Source of the DNA: a virus | Lineage: Duplodnaviria; Caudoviricetes | Direction: 5' to 3' (one strand) | IMG/VR virus record: IMGVR_UViG_3300047400_000334 | Location: 1-28,892 of that record | DNA: 28,892 nucleotides | Shown: piece after piece, positions 1-9,629 of the stretch | Layout of the letters: each line of letters starts with the position of its first letter | How positions within the stretch are numbered: position 1 is the first letter of the stretch | Program-made: the position numbers and the translations under genes | Notes under the pieces: model-generated | The model's database searches: none | What the model was told of the DNA's origin: nothing | Seen by the model: the letters and a program-made list of their open reading frames with translations, nothing else

Positions 1-16
1 AACATCAGGGGTTTTC

Positions 17-1441
17 ATGTATCAAGATTATACGAAAGATCATCCATATGCGACAGTTGCGCACGTGTTTAATGATTTAATAAGAATCGATAATCTTGAT
101 AAATCGATCGAATCGGAAATAAAATCACAGCTTACGTACGTAGACAAGTCAAAAGAGTATCAGCTAAGGCGCATGCAGAAAAATCCTTATACCAGAAACT
201 CTGAGGCATATGCGCAACTTTCCAAGGAATCAAAAGGAGATCTTTGGAAAGAGAGCGGCAACTCGCTGATTGTTCCGTCTGGTTTTCTTTACATCATAAA
301 GAACTATGTAAACAACATAATCGATCATAGAAAAGACACTGGACCCCAGGTTTCCCTACCGTGGTCAACTCCAAAGGCTGCTTTTGAGCTTCGCGACTAT
401 CAGAAAGAAGCAATAGAGATAGCGTTAAAAAACTATCGAGGCATTATCAACTTAGCGACTGGGCTCGGCAAGACAAAGACCGCAATATATCTAATACGCC
501 AGCTAAAGCGCAACACACTCATAGTGTGTCCTAGTAAATCGATAGCAAATCAGTTCTATTCAGAGCTGGTAGAGACATTTGGTAAGTCTAAAGTTGGATT
601 CATAGGTAGTGGTAAGTATAAACCATCTATAATAACCGTCGGCATAGCAGCTTCTGTCTGTAACCGCATCGACGACATCAAGGCCCTCGACCTTGGCGTT
701 GTAGTCTTCGACGAGACCCACCATACTCCTGCTAGCACCTTCTATACTGTAGCCGAGGGATTAGGTACCGTGGGCCGTATGTACGGGCTCACGGCTACCG
801 CTTTTCGATCGGACGGAAAAGACTTACTGATTCATGCAGCATGCGGTGAGATATTGGTTCAGCGAGACGTCGCCTGGGGAGTCGCAAAAGGATGGCTATC
901 TCAGCCTTATTTCATAGTTCGACACGTTAAAACGTCAGGACGCGACTTTAAAGACGACAAGTTAAGAGCATACAAAGAGCACATCTTAAACAGTAAAGAT
1001 ATGAACGATCGCTTAATATCAGACATATCTGCATTCGTTGCTGCTTCAAAATTTACGCTGATCCTTGTCGATCAGATCGACCATGGAGACACCTTATCTA
1101 AGGCTACTGGTGTTGCTTTTGCTAACGGAAGAGATAAGGGATCAGAAGCGCTCATAGGATCCTTTAACGACGGCAAGATCAAGTCGCTTATAGCAACCGA
1201 TGGCCTAGTCGGCGAAGGTGTAGACACTAGAAATGTAGAAGTTCTTATAATAGCAAATTTTACAGCTTCTAAGTCTGCTGTGCTTCAAGCAGTAGGTAGA
1301 GGCTTAAGAAAGACTGCAACAAAGGATAAGTGCATAGTTCTCGACTATGTACCCGAAGGATCTTCGATGTTAGCTAGACACGCCGGAAAAAGAATTTCCT
1401 ACTACAAAGAAATAACTCACAACGTTAAAATCGTACAATAA
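17..1441 (+). CDS. Superfamily 2 DNA helicase (UvsW/XPB-like DExH box)
   Basis: Q-motif LRDYQKE, Walker A LATGLGKT, DETHH, motif III LTAT, motif V EGVD, motif VI QAVGRGLR. Confidence 0.9.
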   Translation: MYQDYTKDHPYATVAHVFNDLIRIDNLDKSIESEIKSQLTYVDKSKEYQLRRMQKNPYTRNSEAYAQLSKESKGDLWKESGNSLIVPSGFLYIIKNYVNNIIDHRKDTGPQVSLPWSTPKAAFELRDYQKEAIEIALKNYRGIINLATGLGKTKTAIYLIRQLKRNTLIVCPSKSIANQFYSELVETFGKSKVGFIGSGKYKPSIITVGIAASVCNRIDDIKALDLGVVVFDETHHTPASTFYTVAEGLGTVGRMYGLTATAFRSDGKDLLIHAACGEILVQRDVAWGVAKGWLSQPYFIVRHVKTSGRDFKDDKLRAYKEHILNSKDMNDRLISDISAFVAASKFTLILVDQIDHGDTLSKATGVAFANGRDKGSEALIGSFNDGKIKSLIATDGLVGEGVDTRNVEVLIIANFTASKSAVLQAVGRGLRKTATKDKCIVLDYVPEGSSMLARHAGKRISYYKEITHNVKIVQ

Positions 1442-1445
1442 GCAA

Positions 1446-1655
1446 GTTCGGCAACGAACAGAAGTGTCTGGTCCTCTGCTTCTAGAAAAAAGTGTGGAAG
1501 GATAGCTTTGCCGGTCAAGAGCTCATGTTAACGCGAGCCCCACTAGCTGGCGGGTAAGCATAGTCTTAAAGACTAAGTAGCAGACCGGTCGAAAATATAT
1601 GTACAGCTAAACGTATATTTTCGCAACATGGGCATGTTGTAAAAAGGCCCAACAT
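1446..1655 (+). ncRNA. Candidate structured RNA (unknown class) in the helicase-dUTPase intergenic region
   Basis: GCAA-tetraloop hairpin 1446-1459; CCGGTC/GACCGG helix (1511-1516/1583-1588) enclosing three hairpins; 13-bp hairpin 1590-1623; possible pseudoknot 1624-1650; upstream GTACAAT at 1433-1439. Confidence 0.5.
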
Positions 1656-1672
1656 AACACCTCGGAGGCATC

Positions 1673-2122
1673 ATGGAAAAAATTATCAAGTGCAAAGTCT
1701 TAAAAGATGGACAGCTTCCTGTAAAAGCTCATGCAACAGACGCGGGATACGACTTGTTCGCCACCGAAGACTTTACTGTAGGACCAGGTGAGATCGTAAA
1801 GCATCCGCTTAATATCAAGCTCGAGCTTCCTGATTCATCTTATGCTGAGATAACTTCAAAGTCAGGAAACGGCGCCAAAGGCTTACTGGTTTACGCCGGC
1901 ATCATCGACGAAGGCTATCGCGGAGTGCTTCATGTCATCATGACAAATCTTTGCTATCCGCTTCCTTCTAATGTCTTGAGCATTAAAAAGGGTCAAAAGA
2001 TAGCACAGATGATCCTTCATCCTTATTCAAAGCACTACTCACTTATTGAGGTAGAAAGCATAGACGAGAACACCGATAGAGGTGCAGGGGGTTTTGGTTC
2101 GTCAGGCAACTCTTTAGTTTAA
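1673..2122 (+). CDS. dut: Trimeric dUTPase
   Basis: Motifs AGYDL, KSG, GIIDEGYRG, IAQ, RGAGGFGSSG; GGAGG RBS upstream. Confidence 0.95.
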   Translation: MEKIIKCKVLKDGQLPVKAHATDAGYDLFATEDFTVGPGEIVKHPLNIKLELPDSSYAEITSKSGNGAKGLLVYAGIIDEGYRGVLHVIMTNLCYPLPSNVLSIKKGQKIAQMILHPYSKHYSLIEVESIDENTDRGAGGFGSSGNSLV

Positions 2123-2131
2123 GGTCAAAAT

Positions 2132-2836
2132 ATGACTAATGCTTCTACTATTTTTGGAACATCAATAAAAATTCATCAAACTAAGTTATTTGATCCAGAT
2201 TCCGTATGGCCGCAGAACGTTGAGGTGTGCATAACGCGAGTGCCTATCCGTAAGCGAGATGGATACTCGCAAGAGTTTATTAAGAACTTTGCAAACCGTT
2301 TAAAAAATTCCATGAGTAAAAACGGCATAGTCTTTCTAGTGTGCTATGCTCCAACGGAAGCAAAATGGCGCCCTTTTGAGGTGGCTAAGGAGATGGTTGA
2401 CGTAGGTTTCAATCACGTCGATAATATAGTCATTGAAAAGACATGGCTGCCAGGAAAAAGAGCAGAGAACATGTTAGTGAATAGTCACGATTATGTTCTT
2501 TTCTTTTGTAACGGCGACGTATGGAAGATCGATAGAAAACCAGTTAAAAAATATTCTCTTTTAGAAGAGAGCCCGCAATGTATAGGCAATACATGGCTGG
2601 TAGAGACAGGGTCCTTGGACGAGGCATACTCAGAAGATCTAGCCGAACTATTGCTTAGGACTGCAGATGCTCTTCCAGGAAGCAGCGTATTTGATCCATT
2701 TATGGGAAATGTAGCTTCGCTTAAGGCGTGTCTTAAGCTTGGACACTCTTTAACTGGCTTTGAGACAGATCAGCGTAAGATCTCTCAGTACAACAAGATT
2801 ATTCAGGAATTTAAGAAGAAGGGAGCTTTTGCGTGA
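2132..2836 (+). CDS. N4/N6 DNA methyltransferase-fold protein (beta-class order) with degenerate motifs
   Basis: C-terminal VFDPFMG...SLTGFE SAM-binding-like region; N-terminal CITRVP where (D/S)PPY is expected; NSHDYVLFF and GNTW segments typical of the family. Confidence 0.65.
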   Translation: MTNASTIFGTSIKIHQTKLFDPDSVWPQNVEVCITRVPIRKRDGYSQEFIKNFANRLKNSMSKNGIVFLVCYAPTEAKWRPFEVAKEMVDVGFNHVDNIVIEKTWLPGKRAENMLVNSHDYVLFFCNGDVWKIDRKPVKKYSLLEESPQCIGNTWLVETGSLDEAYSEDLAELLLRTADALPGSSVFDPFMGNVASLKACLKLGHSLTGFETDQRKISQYNKIIQEFKKKGAFA

Positions 2837-4533
2837 TTTACGTAAAATCCAAATCCAAAGACATGATTGATGATCCTAATCAGATAAACAACGTAGTTCT
2901 ATCTACTTTGTCTCGCATGGCAAATATCGCATCAAGAACCTTAGGACCGGGCGGAAGACCTGTCTTGATCGAGCGCGAGGGTATGCCACCTCTAGTCACA
3001 AAAGACGGCATTACGGTAATCAAAGCATTAGGGATGCCAAATGCTGCGGCAAACACAGTTTTGGATACTTGCAAAGAGATATCGCTTAACACGGCAAGAG
3101 ATGCGGGCGACGGCACGACTACTGCGATCGTTCTCGCGGATGCAATTGTTAAAGCTGGATCTTCATTCATGGCCACAAATAAGCGTTATAATCCTCAGCG
3201 CCTTATAAGTGAACTACGTAAGTGTTACGATAAGGTAATCCTCCCTTACCTTAAGGACGTAGCGGTCCAGGTTAAGTCAGACGAAGATCTCAGAAGGGTA
3301 GCCTTGATATCAGCAAACGGCGATCAAGACGTTGCAGACGTTGTAGTTAAGGCCTTCATGTCAGCGGGCGACGACGGTCATATCTTGATTCAAGAAGATC
3401 AGGGTGGAGGAATGCGCGTAGAGACTGTAGATGGTTTTATCGTGACCTCTGGTCTAAAAGATATCGGAGCAATCGGTACGGCTTTCATAAATGATCGAGC
3501 GAATCAGCAGGTCAGAATGGATGCTGGTTTAGTGGTTCTGTTTGACGGCACCTTAAACGATCTCGTCCTTCCTGCTGCGGTTCAATCTGCCTGTGAGAGC
3601 GATGCTGATTTCTTCGGAAAGCCTATCATCTTGATGGCTCACGGATTTGCGGACAACGTTATCGAGAAGTGCTTAAAGACCTCAAAAGGCGGCGTAACCG
3701 TTCTACCGGTAAAGGTTCCAAAGTCAAGCATCGCAAACTCACGAACTATGTTCCTGCATGATATGGCAGCATATACTGGCGCCACAGTCATGGATCCGGC
3801 AAGTGCTCCTTCTTTTGGCAGCGATCATTTTGGCAAGTTTACATCAGCAAAGATAAACACATACGAAGCGTTTATTCAGTGCGAATCAGATGGGGATCTG
3901 ATCGAGGAGCGCGTGTCAGAGCTAAAGGCAATACTAACCGCTGCACACTCCGAGCACGATCGCGCTCATCTTAGGGCTGCTATAGCCAAGCTTACTGGCG
4001 GTATCTCTACTGTTTGGGTAGGTGGTATCACCGATGCTGAGATCCGTGAAAGACGAGATCGAGTTCAAGATGCGGTTGAGGCGGTTAGATCTGCGGTAGC
4101 AGAGGGTATCGTAGCCGGCGGATGTGCAACGCATCTTGCTCTTGCAAAAAAGATAAGAGAGGAAAGCCAATCTCCTGCCTGGAACATACTGGCAGATGCG
4201 TTAGAGCAACCATTCAGCATTCTTTTGTCCAACTGCGGAGAATACGATCGACACAGCGAGCTATATTCTGCAATCGTCAAGAGCATCAGAGGATCTGTTC
4301 CTAAATTGGTGTTTGACGCAAACGATCACGAAACAGTCGATCCGTTTAGCGCCGGAATCGTAGAGCCTGCCAAGGTTCATCGCGTTGCAATCGGAAATGC
4401 TTTATCAGTAGCGTCGCTCATGGTTACGCTCGGTGGTATCGTAGTTGCTCCACGCGATTATAACCTAGAAACTCAGATGGAATTGAGTAAGGCAGCATTT
4501 AAGGATATGCTTACAGAAGTAGGTGATGAATGA
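2833..4533 (+). CDS. groEL: Phage-encoded GroEL-like chaperonin
   Basis: TLGPGGR, VTKDGITV, AGDGTTT, AKLTGG, DAVEAVRSAVAEGIVAGG, GIVEP; GTG start overlapping the previous stop. Confidence 0.93.
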   Translation: MIYVKSKSKDMIDDPNQINNVVLSTLSRMANIASRTLGPGGRPVLIEREGMPPLVTKDGITVIKALGMPNAAANTVLDTCKEISLNTARDAGDGTTTAIVLADAIVKAGSSFMATNKRYNPQRLISELRKCYDKVILPYLKDVAVQVKSDEDLRRVALISANGDQDVADVVVKAFMSAGDDGHILIQEDQGGGMRVETVDGFIVTSGLKDIGAIGTAFINDRANQQVRMDAGLVVLFDGTLNDLVLPAAVQSACESDADFFGKPIILMAHGFADNVIEKCLKTSKGGVTVLPVKVPKSSIANSRTMFLHDMAAYTGATVMDPASAPSFGSDHFGKFTSAKINTYEAFIQCESDGDLIEERVSELKAILTAAHSEHDRAHLRAAIAKLTGGISTVWVGGITDAEIRERRDRVQDAVEAVRSAVAEGIVAGGCATHLALAKKIREESQSPAWNILADALEQPFSILLSNCGEYDRHSELYSAIVKSIRGSVPKLVFDANDHETVDPFSAGIVEPAKVHRVAIGNALSVASLMVTLGGIVVAPRDYNLETQMELSKAAFKDMLTEVGDE

Positions 4534-5291
4534 ACATTTTATTAGAAAATATTGCTAAAAGCAAGTATGCACCGCACGCATTAGCTTTTGTGGGCGGTGT
4601 TATTTTGACTATTGTTCTATATCCAAGTGGATCGATGACACAGACCGAAAAGTCAAAGATAGAACAAGAGATCCGGTCCTCTTATGAGGCAAAACTTCAG
4701 GAATCAGATACTTTAATCAAGTCAGAAAGAGAGTCTAACCAAAAACAGATCGACTCTATAAAGCAAGAGTCTGCTAAAAAAGAGCTTGAGATGTCTACAA
4801 AAATCAACTCTCTTGTAACCGAGAACTCTTCCTTAAAGCAGAAGACAAAGATGGTTACGATAGAGAAAATATTTCCAGATGGAAGAATAGAGCGTAAAAC
4901 TATATCGACATCTGAGTTAGAATCAGAGACTCAAACTATAGCACGCGTTCAACAGGAAGCAGATCAAAAACTCAAAGAAACAGTATCAGCATTAAACGAG
5001 CAGCATGTTAAAGAGATTTCAGAAAAGACATCAAGTCTAAACTCAAAGATAGAAACCTTGTCTCTTAATCTTCAGACTTCAGAAAAGCTTCTAAAAGAAG
5101 AGCGAGAAAAAACTACCTCGTACACAAAGAATCCTAGGCCATTCGCCGTAGGTATCGGCCTAAATACCGACAAGCAATATACAGTAGAAACACAATACAC
5201 TTTCTTAGGACCAATATATCTAGGTGCCTCTTATGATAAAGGAGGTATATCTAATGACAGAGCGGGATTATCATTGGGGATAAGATTCTGA
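4530..5291 (+). CDS. Membrane-anchored coiled-coil protein with C-terminal amphipathic beta strands
   Basis: Hydrophobic segment ALAFVGGVILTIVLY, long E/K/Q/S-rich helical region, C-terminus RAGLSLGIRF. Confidence 0.6.
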   Translation: MNILLENIAKSKYAPHALAFVGGVILTIVLYPSGSMTQTEKSKIEQEIRSSYEAKLQESDTLIKSERESNQKQIDSIKQESAKKELEMSTKINSLVTENSSLKQKTKMVTIEKIFPDGRIERKTISTSELESETQTIARVQQEADQKLKETVSALNEQHVKEISEKTSSLNSKIETLSLNLQTSEKLLKEEREKTTSYTKNPRPFAVGIGLNTDKQYTVETQYTFLGPIYLGASYDKGGISNDRAGLSLGIRF

Positions 5292-5644
5292 TGCCTAAAT
5301 ATAGGTTTACATGCGACAAATGCGAGGCTGGAGTTGTTAAGTACACTCCGGCCTCTACTCTTTCTATCAAGTGTGTCACGTGCGACACGGACATGCTTCG
5401 TCAGCTACCGTCTTCTGTTGAGCCTTCTACTGTCAAAGAGGTTGTGGATGCATACACTAATATTCAACTTCCTCCTGATAACAAAGAAATACTAGAATCT
5501 AGGCGTTCAGAATATTTTTGGGCAGTAGAGGTTCCTCGCCTAGTTCAAGAGTATCCACCCGATCACTCCTTAAAGGAAGGCTGGATCTACTACGATGAGC
5601 AGGGAAATATAAAGGTTCATACAAAGCCGCCCCATAAGAGGTAG
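5291..5644 (+). CDS. FmdB-like zinc-ribbon protein
   Basis: MPKYRFTCDKC...CVTC N-terminal pattern. Confidence 0.7.
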   Translation: MPKYRFTCDKCEAGVVKYTPASTLSIKCVTCDTDMLRQLPSSVEPSTVKEVVDAYTNIQLPPDNKEILESRRSEYFWAVEVPRLVQEYPPDHSLKEGWIYYDEQGNIKVHTKPPHKR

Positions 5645-5646
5645 CC

Positions 5647-7395
5647 ATGCGAATACTGTCGTTGACTATCGAAAACATACTCTCAATAGAGTATGCAAAA
5701 TTAAATTTCCCTGAATCAGGTCTCATCCTTGTTGAGGGCTGGAACAGTGATACTGACTCCGCCAATGGAGCTGGAAAAACTGCGATATTCGAGGCTTTAG
5801 CTTGGGGACTCTTTAATCAGTTTCCAAGATCGATCACTGTTTCAGATTTTGTGAGAATTGGGTCAAAGTCATCAAAAGTTATAGTAGTATTTTCAACTAA
5901 GTACGGTCAGATACAGGTCGAAAGATCCAGACCAAAAGGCTTTAAGGCCACATTGGACGGTGGCTCTTTGATGGAAGAAGAGTACAACAATCTATTGCCG
6001 ATGAATTATCAACAGTTTATAATTTCGCAGTATGCGTGTCAAGTCGGTGGTTTAAGGTTTTTAGACTTAAATGATTCGGGTCGTAAAGATCTAATACTTG
6101 AGCTAATGCGGGCAGACGGCTTTGCAGAAGCTAAAACTAAACTTGACTCTGATCTTAAGGATAAGACTGCCGAGATAGTTCGATTGACCAACGAGATATC
6201 AAATCTTAGCGGTAATGTCTCGATATACGAAGAAGGTCTCATAGACGAACGGTCGCACGTGTCCGAGATGAACGAGATAAGGACATCTATAGTATCAGTT
6301 TCAGAAGATATTAAGAGCTTAGAAAACGAAATGATAGACGAAGAAGACGATCGCTACAGGGTCACGTTTGATAAGCTCTCCTCAAAGTTAAATGAGATAT
6401 CAATACAAAAAGGTAAACTGAACGTTTATCGAAAGATGCTTCGAGATCTAAAGCCATTAGAAGAGCCAACCGAGTCAGACGGTACTTGTCCTTGCTGTGA
6501 TATTGAGTTGGATATCGTAGATGGTGCTTTTTTAAAGCATGATAAAGATTCTATTGTTGCTAGAAACAAAGAGCGTCGTAAGTCTTACGATGATCGTCGC
6601 TTAGAAATAGTTACTGAAATCAATCAGTTAGAATCAAATATATCAAAAGAAGATCAGATAACTGAAGCGATTGATTCTATAAAACATAAATTACGCGAAA
6701 AAGATCGACTTCACAAATCTTTGTTTGCTAGAGTTAATGAGCTTAAGATTTTCGTTAAGCAAAATCAACTAAAGCTAGAATTGATGCAGGTTGCACTTGA
6801 AAAACAAGAAGCAAAAGTAGCAAAAATAAACTACATAAAACAAGAAATAGTTAAATTAAATCAAAAACTTGAAGAGAAGAAATCAAAAGTAGAATTGTTG
6901 CAAACTGGCTCCGTTGTCTTATCTCCGCTTGGAGCACCTGCTTATGTTATGGATTCTGTGATTCAAGGCATAAACGATAAGATACACGACATAATTCAGC
7001 TGGTGTGGCCAAATTCAAGTTACGAACTTCAGTCCTTTAAAGAAAATAAGTCAGGCAAGGTTACGACTAAGATGTCTGATCAGTTCTCGATAGATGGCGT
7101 GAAGCGATCTATAGGCTCCCTATCTGGCGGCGAGAGAAGATGCTTGTCTATAGCGATAGATTTTGCTTTGATAAGCGTAGTATCAGCATACACGGGCGCT
7201 GAACTTAACCCAATCATCCTAGATGAGCCGTTTGATCACCTGGATGCTTCTAATAGGGCTAAGGTCATAGATCTTCTCCGAGAGATGGCAAACGAGCGCT
7301 GTATAATAGTCATTGACCACGCCGCTGAGGCAAAGGCAATGTTTGATAAGTCTATAAACGTTGTCAAGAAAAGCGGCATAACGATGGTGTCGTAA
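5647..7395 (+). CDS. Rad50/SbcC (T4 gp46-like) recombination ATPase
   Basis: Walker A NGAGKT, coiled coil with CPCC zinc hook, signature LSGGE, Walker B IILDEPF, H-loop IDH. Confidence 0.93.
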   Translation: MRILSLTIENILSIEYAKLNFPESGLILVEGWNSDTDSANGAGKTAIFEALAWGLFNQFPRSITVSDFVRIGSKSSKVIVVFSTKYGQIQVERSRPKGFKATLDGGSLMEEEYNNLLPMNYQQFIISQYACQVGGLRFLDLNDSGRKDLILELMRADGFAEAKTKLDSDLKDKTAEIVRLTNEISNLSGNVSIYEEGLIDERSHVSEMNEIRTSIVSVSEDIKSLENEMIDEEDDRYRVTFDKLSSKLNEISIQKGKLNVYRKMLRDLKPLEEPTESDGTCPCCDIELDIVDGAFLKHDKDSIVARNKERRKSYDDRRLEIVTEINQLESNISKEDQITEAIDSIKHKLREKDRLHKSLFARVNELKIFVKQNQLKLELMQVALEKQEAKVAKINYIKQEIVKLNQKLEEKKSKVELLQTGSVVLSPLGAPAYVMDSVIQGINDKIHDIIQLVWPNSSYELQSFKENKSGKVTTKMSDQFSIDGVKRSIGSLSGGERRCLSIAIDFALISVVSAYTGAELNPIILDEPFDHLDASNRAKVIDLLREMANERCIIVIDHAAEAKAMFDKSINVVKKSGITMVS

Positions 7396-7399
7396 GTTA

Positions 7400-7846
7400 A
7401 TGGAATCGCTGATCAAAAAACTAGCTCAGTTGTCTGACTTGATGAAAGCCAGCCTGATGCCCAGCTTAAGGATGCCGTCCATTGAGCCGCCTAAGCCGCC
7501 TAAAGCTCCCTCGTTGGCCCCAAAACCCAAGAAGAATCCAATCAAAGTTGCGCAGCAGGTCACGGCCCCGAGCGCAAAGGATTTTGCTATGCGACAAGCC
7601 ACTGCTCAGGTCCAAGCGGCCAGTAACCCTCTCGCATATACAGCAAAATCTGAGGGCGAATCTTATCATTACCACATAACCGAAAACGGTTATAGAATTA
7701 CTGATAAGCCACTTTCTCTTTCTGATATAAACGTCAAGCACGGCGGGGTAAAAAACCTTGAGAGTGCTGGATTTAGGCTCGTTCCAGTAAAGAAAGAGAC
7801 CGTTAAGCTTTCTAAAAACGGCCAGTGGACTCTAACAGAAGAATAA
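7400..7846 (+). CDS. Hypothetical Pro/Lys-rich protein with C-terminal KNGQW motif
   Basis: ORF fills the gap between sbcC and ruvC in operon orientation; no family recognised. Confidence 0.65.
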   Translation: MESLIKKLAQLSDLMKASLMPSLRMPSIEPPKPPKAPSLAPKPKKNPIKVAQQVTAPSAKDFAMRQATAQVQAASNPLAYTAKSEGESYHYHITENGYRITDKPLSLSDINVKHGGVKNLESAGFRLVPVKKETVKLSKNGQWTLTEE

Positions 7847-7849
7847 ATC

Positions 7850-8494
7850 GTGAAAACAATACTGACGCTCGATCCAGGCCAGTCCTGCGGTTATTCTGTC
7901 GCCAAAATCGACGGCGATCACTGCGAGATCATCGAGTACGGCTTCATAGACGTGGACAACTCCTCGCCGTACATGGGCGATTGGTGCATAGATCTTCAGC
8001 GAAGATTGTCTGAGATCAATGACAGAATCTCAGCAGACGAAGTGGCAGTTGAGGATTACTTTTATTCGAGTCGCTTCAAGCAAGGTGCAAACGTTAATCC
8101 AGCATATCGCGCGGCCATACACATGTGGTGCAGATCTAGAAATATGCACTACGAGATCCTTAACATCTCCAACTGGAAGGTCTTCATAGCTGGAAGATCC
8201 ACGCCAACTAAGCTACAGAAACAGAAATGGGGTGCATCTCCGGCCAAAAAGCTTATGGTCGTTGAAGCGCTGTGGAAAAGATTCAATATAAGATTTCCAA
8301 ATCACAGCATATCGGAAAACACCGGAAAACCTATCATATTTCGCTTCGATGTGGTAGACGCTGTGGCTCAAGGGATGTATGCTGCTTTTGCAAGATATAA
8401 CTGCAAAACATACACGTGTTCCGTTCCTGTTCCGCCAGACGTCACGTTCAAGAAGACCAACACGAAACAATTTGTTTATGAAGACCTTGTATAA
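7850..8494 (+). CDS. RuvC-like Holliday junction resolvase
   Basis: ILTLDPG (catalytic D), AVED (catalytic E), C-terminal DVVDAVA; RNase H fold pattern; GTG start. Confidence 0.8.
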   Translation: MKTILTLDPGQSCGYSVAKIDGDHCEIIEYGFIDVDNSSPYMGDWCIDLQRRLSEINDRISADEVAVEDYFYSSRFKQGANVNPAYRAAIHMWCRSRNMHYEILNISNWKVFIAGRSTPTKLQKQKWGASPAKKLMVVEALWKRFNIRFPNHSISENTGKPIIFRFDVVDAVAQGMYAAFARYNCKTYTCSVPVPPDVTFKKTNTKQFVYEDLV

Positions 8495-8529
8495 GATCCA
8501 TCGATCATCAACATCGCCACGGAGTTTTT

Positions 8530-8850
8530 ATGGCAAACAATAAGGTCGACATCGGCAGAGCAAAAAATGTTTTATCTAAAGCTTTTGTTGAGAACAATGC
8601 TCACGTAACCCCAGAGGAAGCTGAACATCTCATCGCAAAATCAGAGATGAAGATCAAGCTTCTGCGCGAAGAAAAGCTTAACGACGACAAACTTAACGCT
8701 GCCAAGCAGATCGTAAAAGACTTGAACGAAGGTTACAATTCTGCTATAAAGTATGAAAAAGCCAAGATCGACTTCCTCTTAGGAAAGATCGAAGAGATCG
8801 ATTCTGGCGAGCTAAATCCGACTTCTAGCCTACCTCAGGCTTATCCGTAA
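8530..8850 (+). CDS. Hypothetical helical protein
   Basis: GGAG RBS; GTATAAG -10-like element at 8489-8495. Confidence 0.7.
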   Translation: MANNKVDIGRAKNVLSKAFVENNAHVTPEEAEHLIAKSEMKIKLLREEKLNDDKLNAAKQIVKDLNEGYNSAIKYEKAKIDFLLGKIEEIDSGELNPTSSLPQAYP

Positions 8851-8966
8851 CGAACGGAAAAGGTGAGCCCATAGTAAGCTGCTCTAAGTTATTGAAACGT
8901 ATCAGCTGCGTTAAGGCTGACCGTGGCCTGGGTATGCCTAAACTGCCCGCCTAATATCCTCATAGC

Positions 8967-9004
8967 GTATAATAGTCTCTGTGCTTTATGACCTCAAGGA
9001 GACT
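8967..9004 (+). promoter_or_regulatory. GTATAAT -10-like box followed by a stem (AGTCTCT 8974-8980 / GGAGACT 8998-9004) covering the RBS
   Basis: Direct sequence inspection. Confidence 0.55.
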
Positions 9005-9006
9005 TT

Positions 9007-9609
9007 ATGGCCACCCTTAAATCACTATATCTAGACGGTGCAAACGGCTTAAACGGCAAGCTAGCTGAAGCTTTCGAGCTTGGTCGCAGATTCATACTTC
9101 CGCAATATGACGACGTTGTTCTTGAAGATGCCGTAGATATCGCTACTTCGTCTCCGATGTTTACTATCAACAACTCGGGCTCAAACGCACCTATACTTGC
9201 AGGATATACCGTTCGCTATCTTGAGTCCGGAGCAATGGTAGAGAAAATCGTAGCATCCCCTGTAGTTGCTGGATCCACGTTCGATGTTACGGTTGCGCCA
9301 GCTTCTGCTTTAAGCCACAAATCACTCAGATACTCCAGCCCAAGACCAGGATCGTATTCGACTCTTCTTGCTGGTCTTCAATCGGCTGCAGCAGCTGGCA
9401 AATCGGTATTTACAGTTACCGTACAAACATCTGATAATCCTACGTATCTTCGCCTAAAAGGCAACTACATGAATGCCTACTTTGCAGGCATATACTATGC
9501 CATGAACAAAGAGGGAATCTTCAATACTTATGAAGTAGACTTAAGCCTAGATACAAGTCAGGTATCAACTACGGGCGTAATATTTAGCTTCACGTTTACC
9601 TATTCTTGA
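9007..9609 (+). CDS. Hypothetical protein, possibly virion structural
   Basis: Own promoter-like box and RBS; A/S/T/G-rich beta-type composition. Confidence 0.65.
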   Translation: MATLKSLYLDGANGLNGKLAEAFELGRRFILPQYDDVVLEDAVDIATSSPMFTINNSGSNAPILAGYTVRYLESGAMVEKIVASPVVAGSTFDVTVAPASALSHKSLRYSSPRPGSYSTLLAGLQSAAAAGKSVFTVTVQTSDNPTYLRLKGNYMNAYFAGIYYAMNKEGIFNTYEVDLSLDTSQVSTTGVIFSFTFTYS

Positions 9610-9629
9610 TGTATACCCATAAAAAAGTT

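Noticed and set aside
1446-1655. tRNA in the intergenic region
   Set aside because: No cloverleaf with a T-loop consensus and acceptor stem could be built
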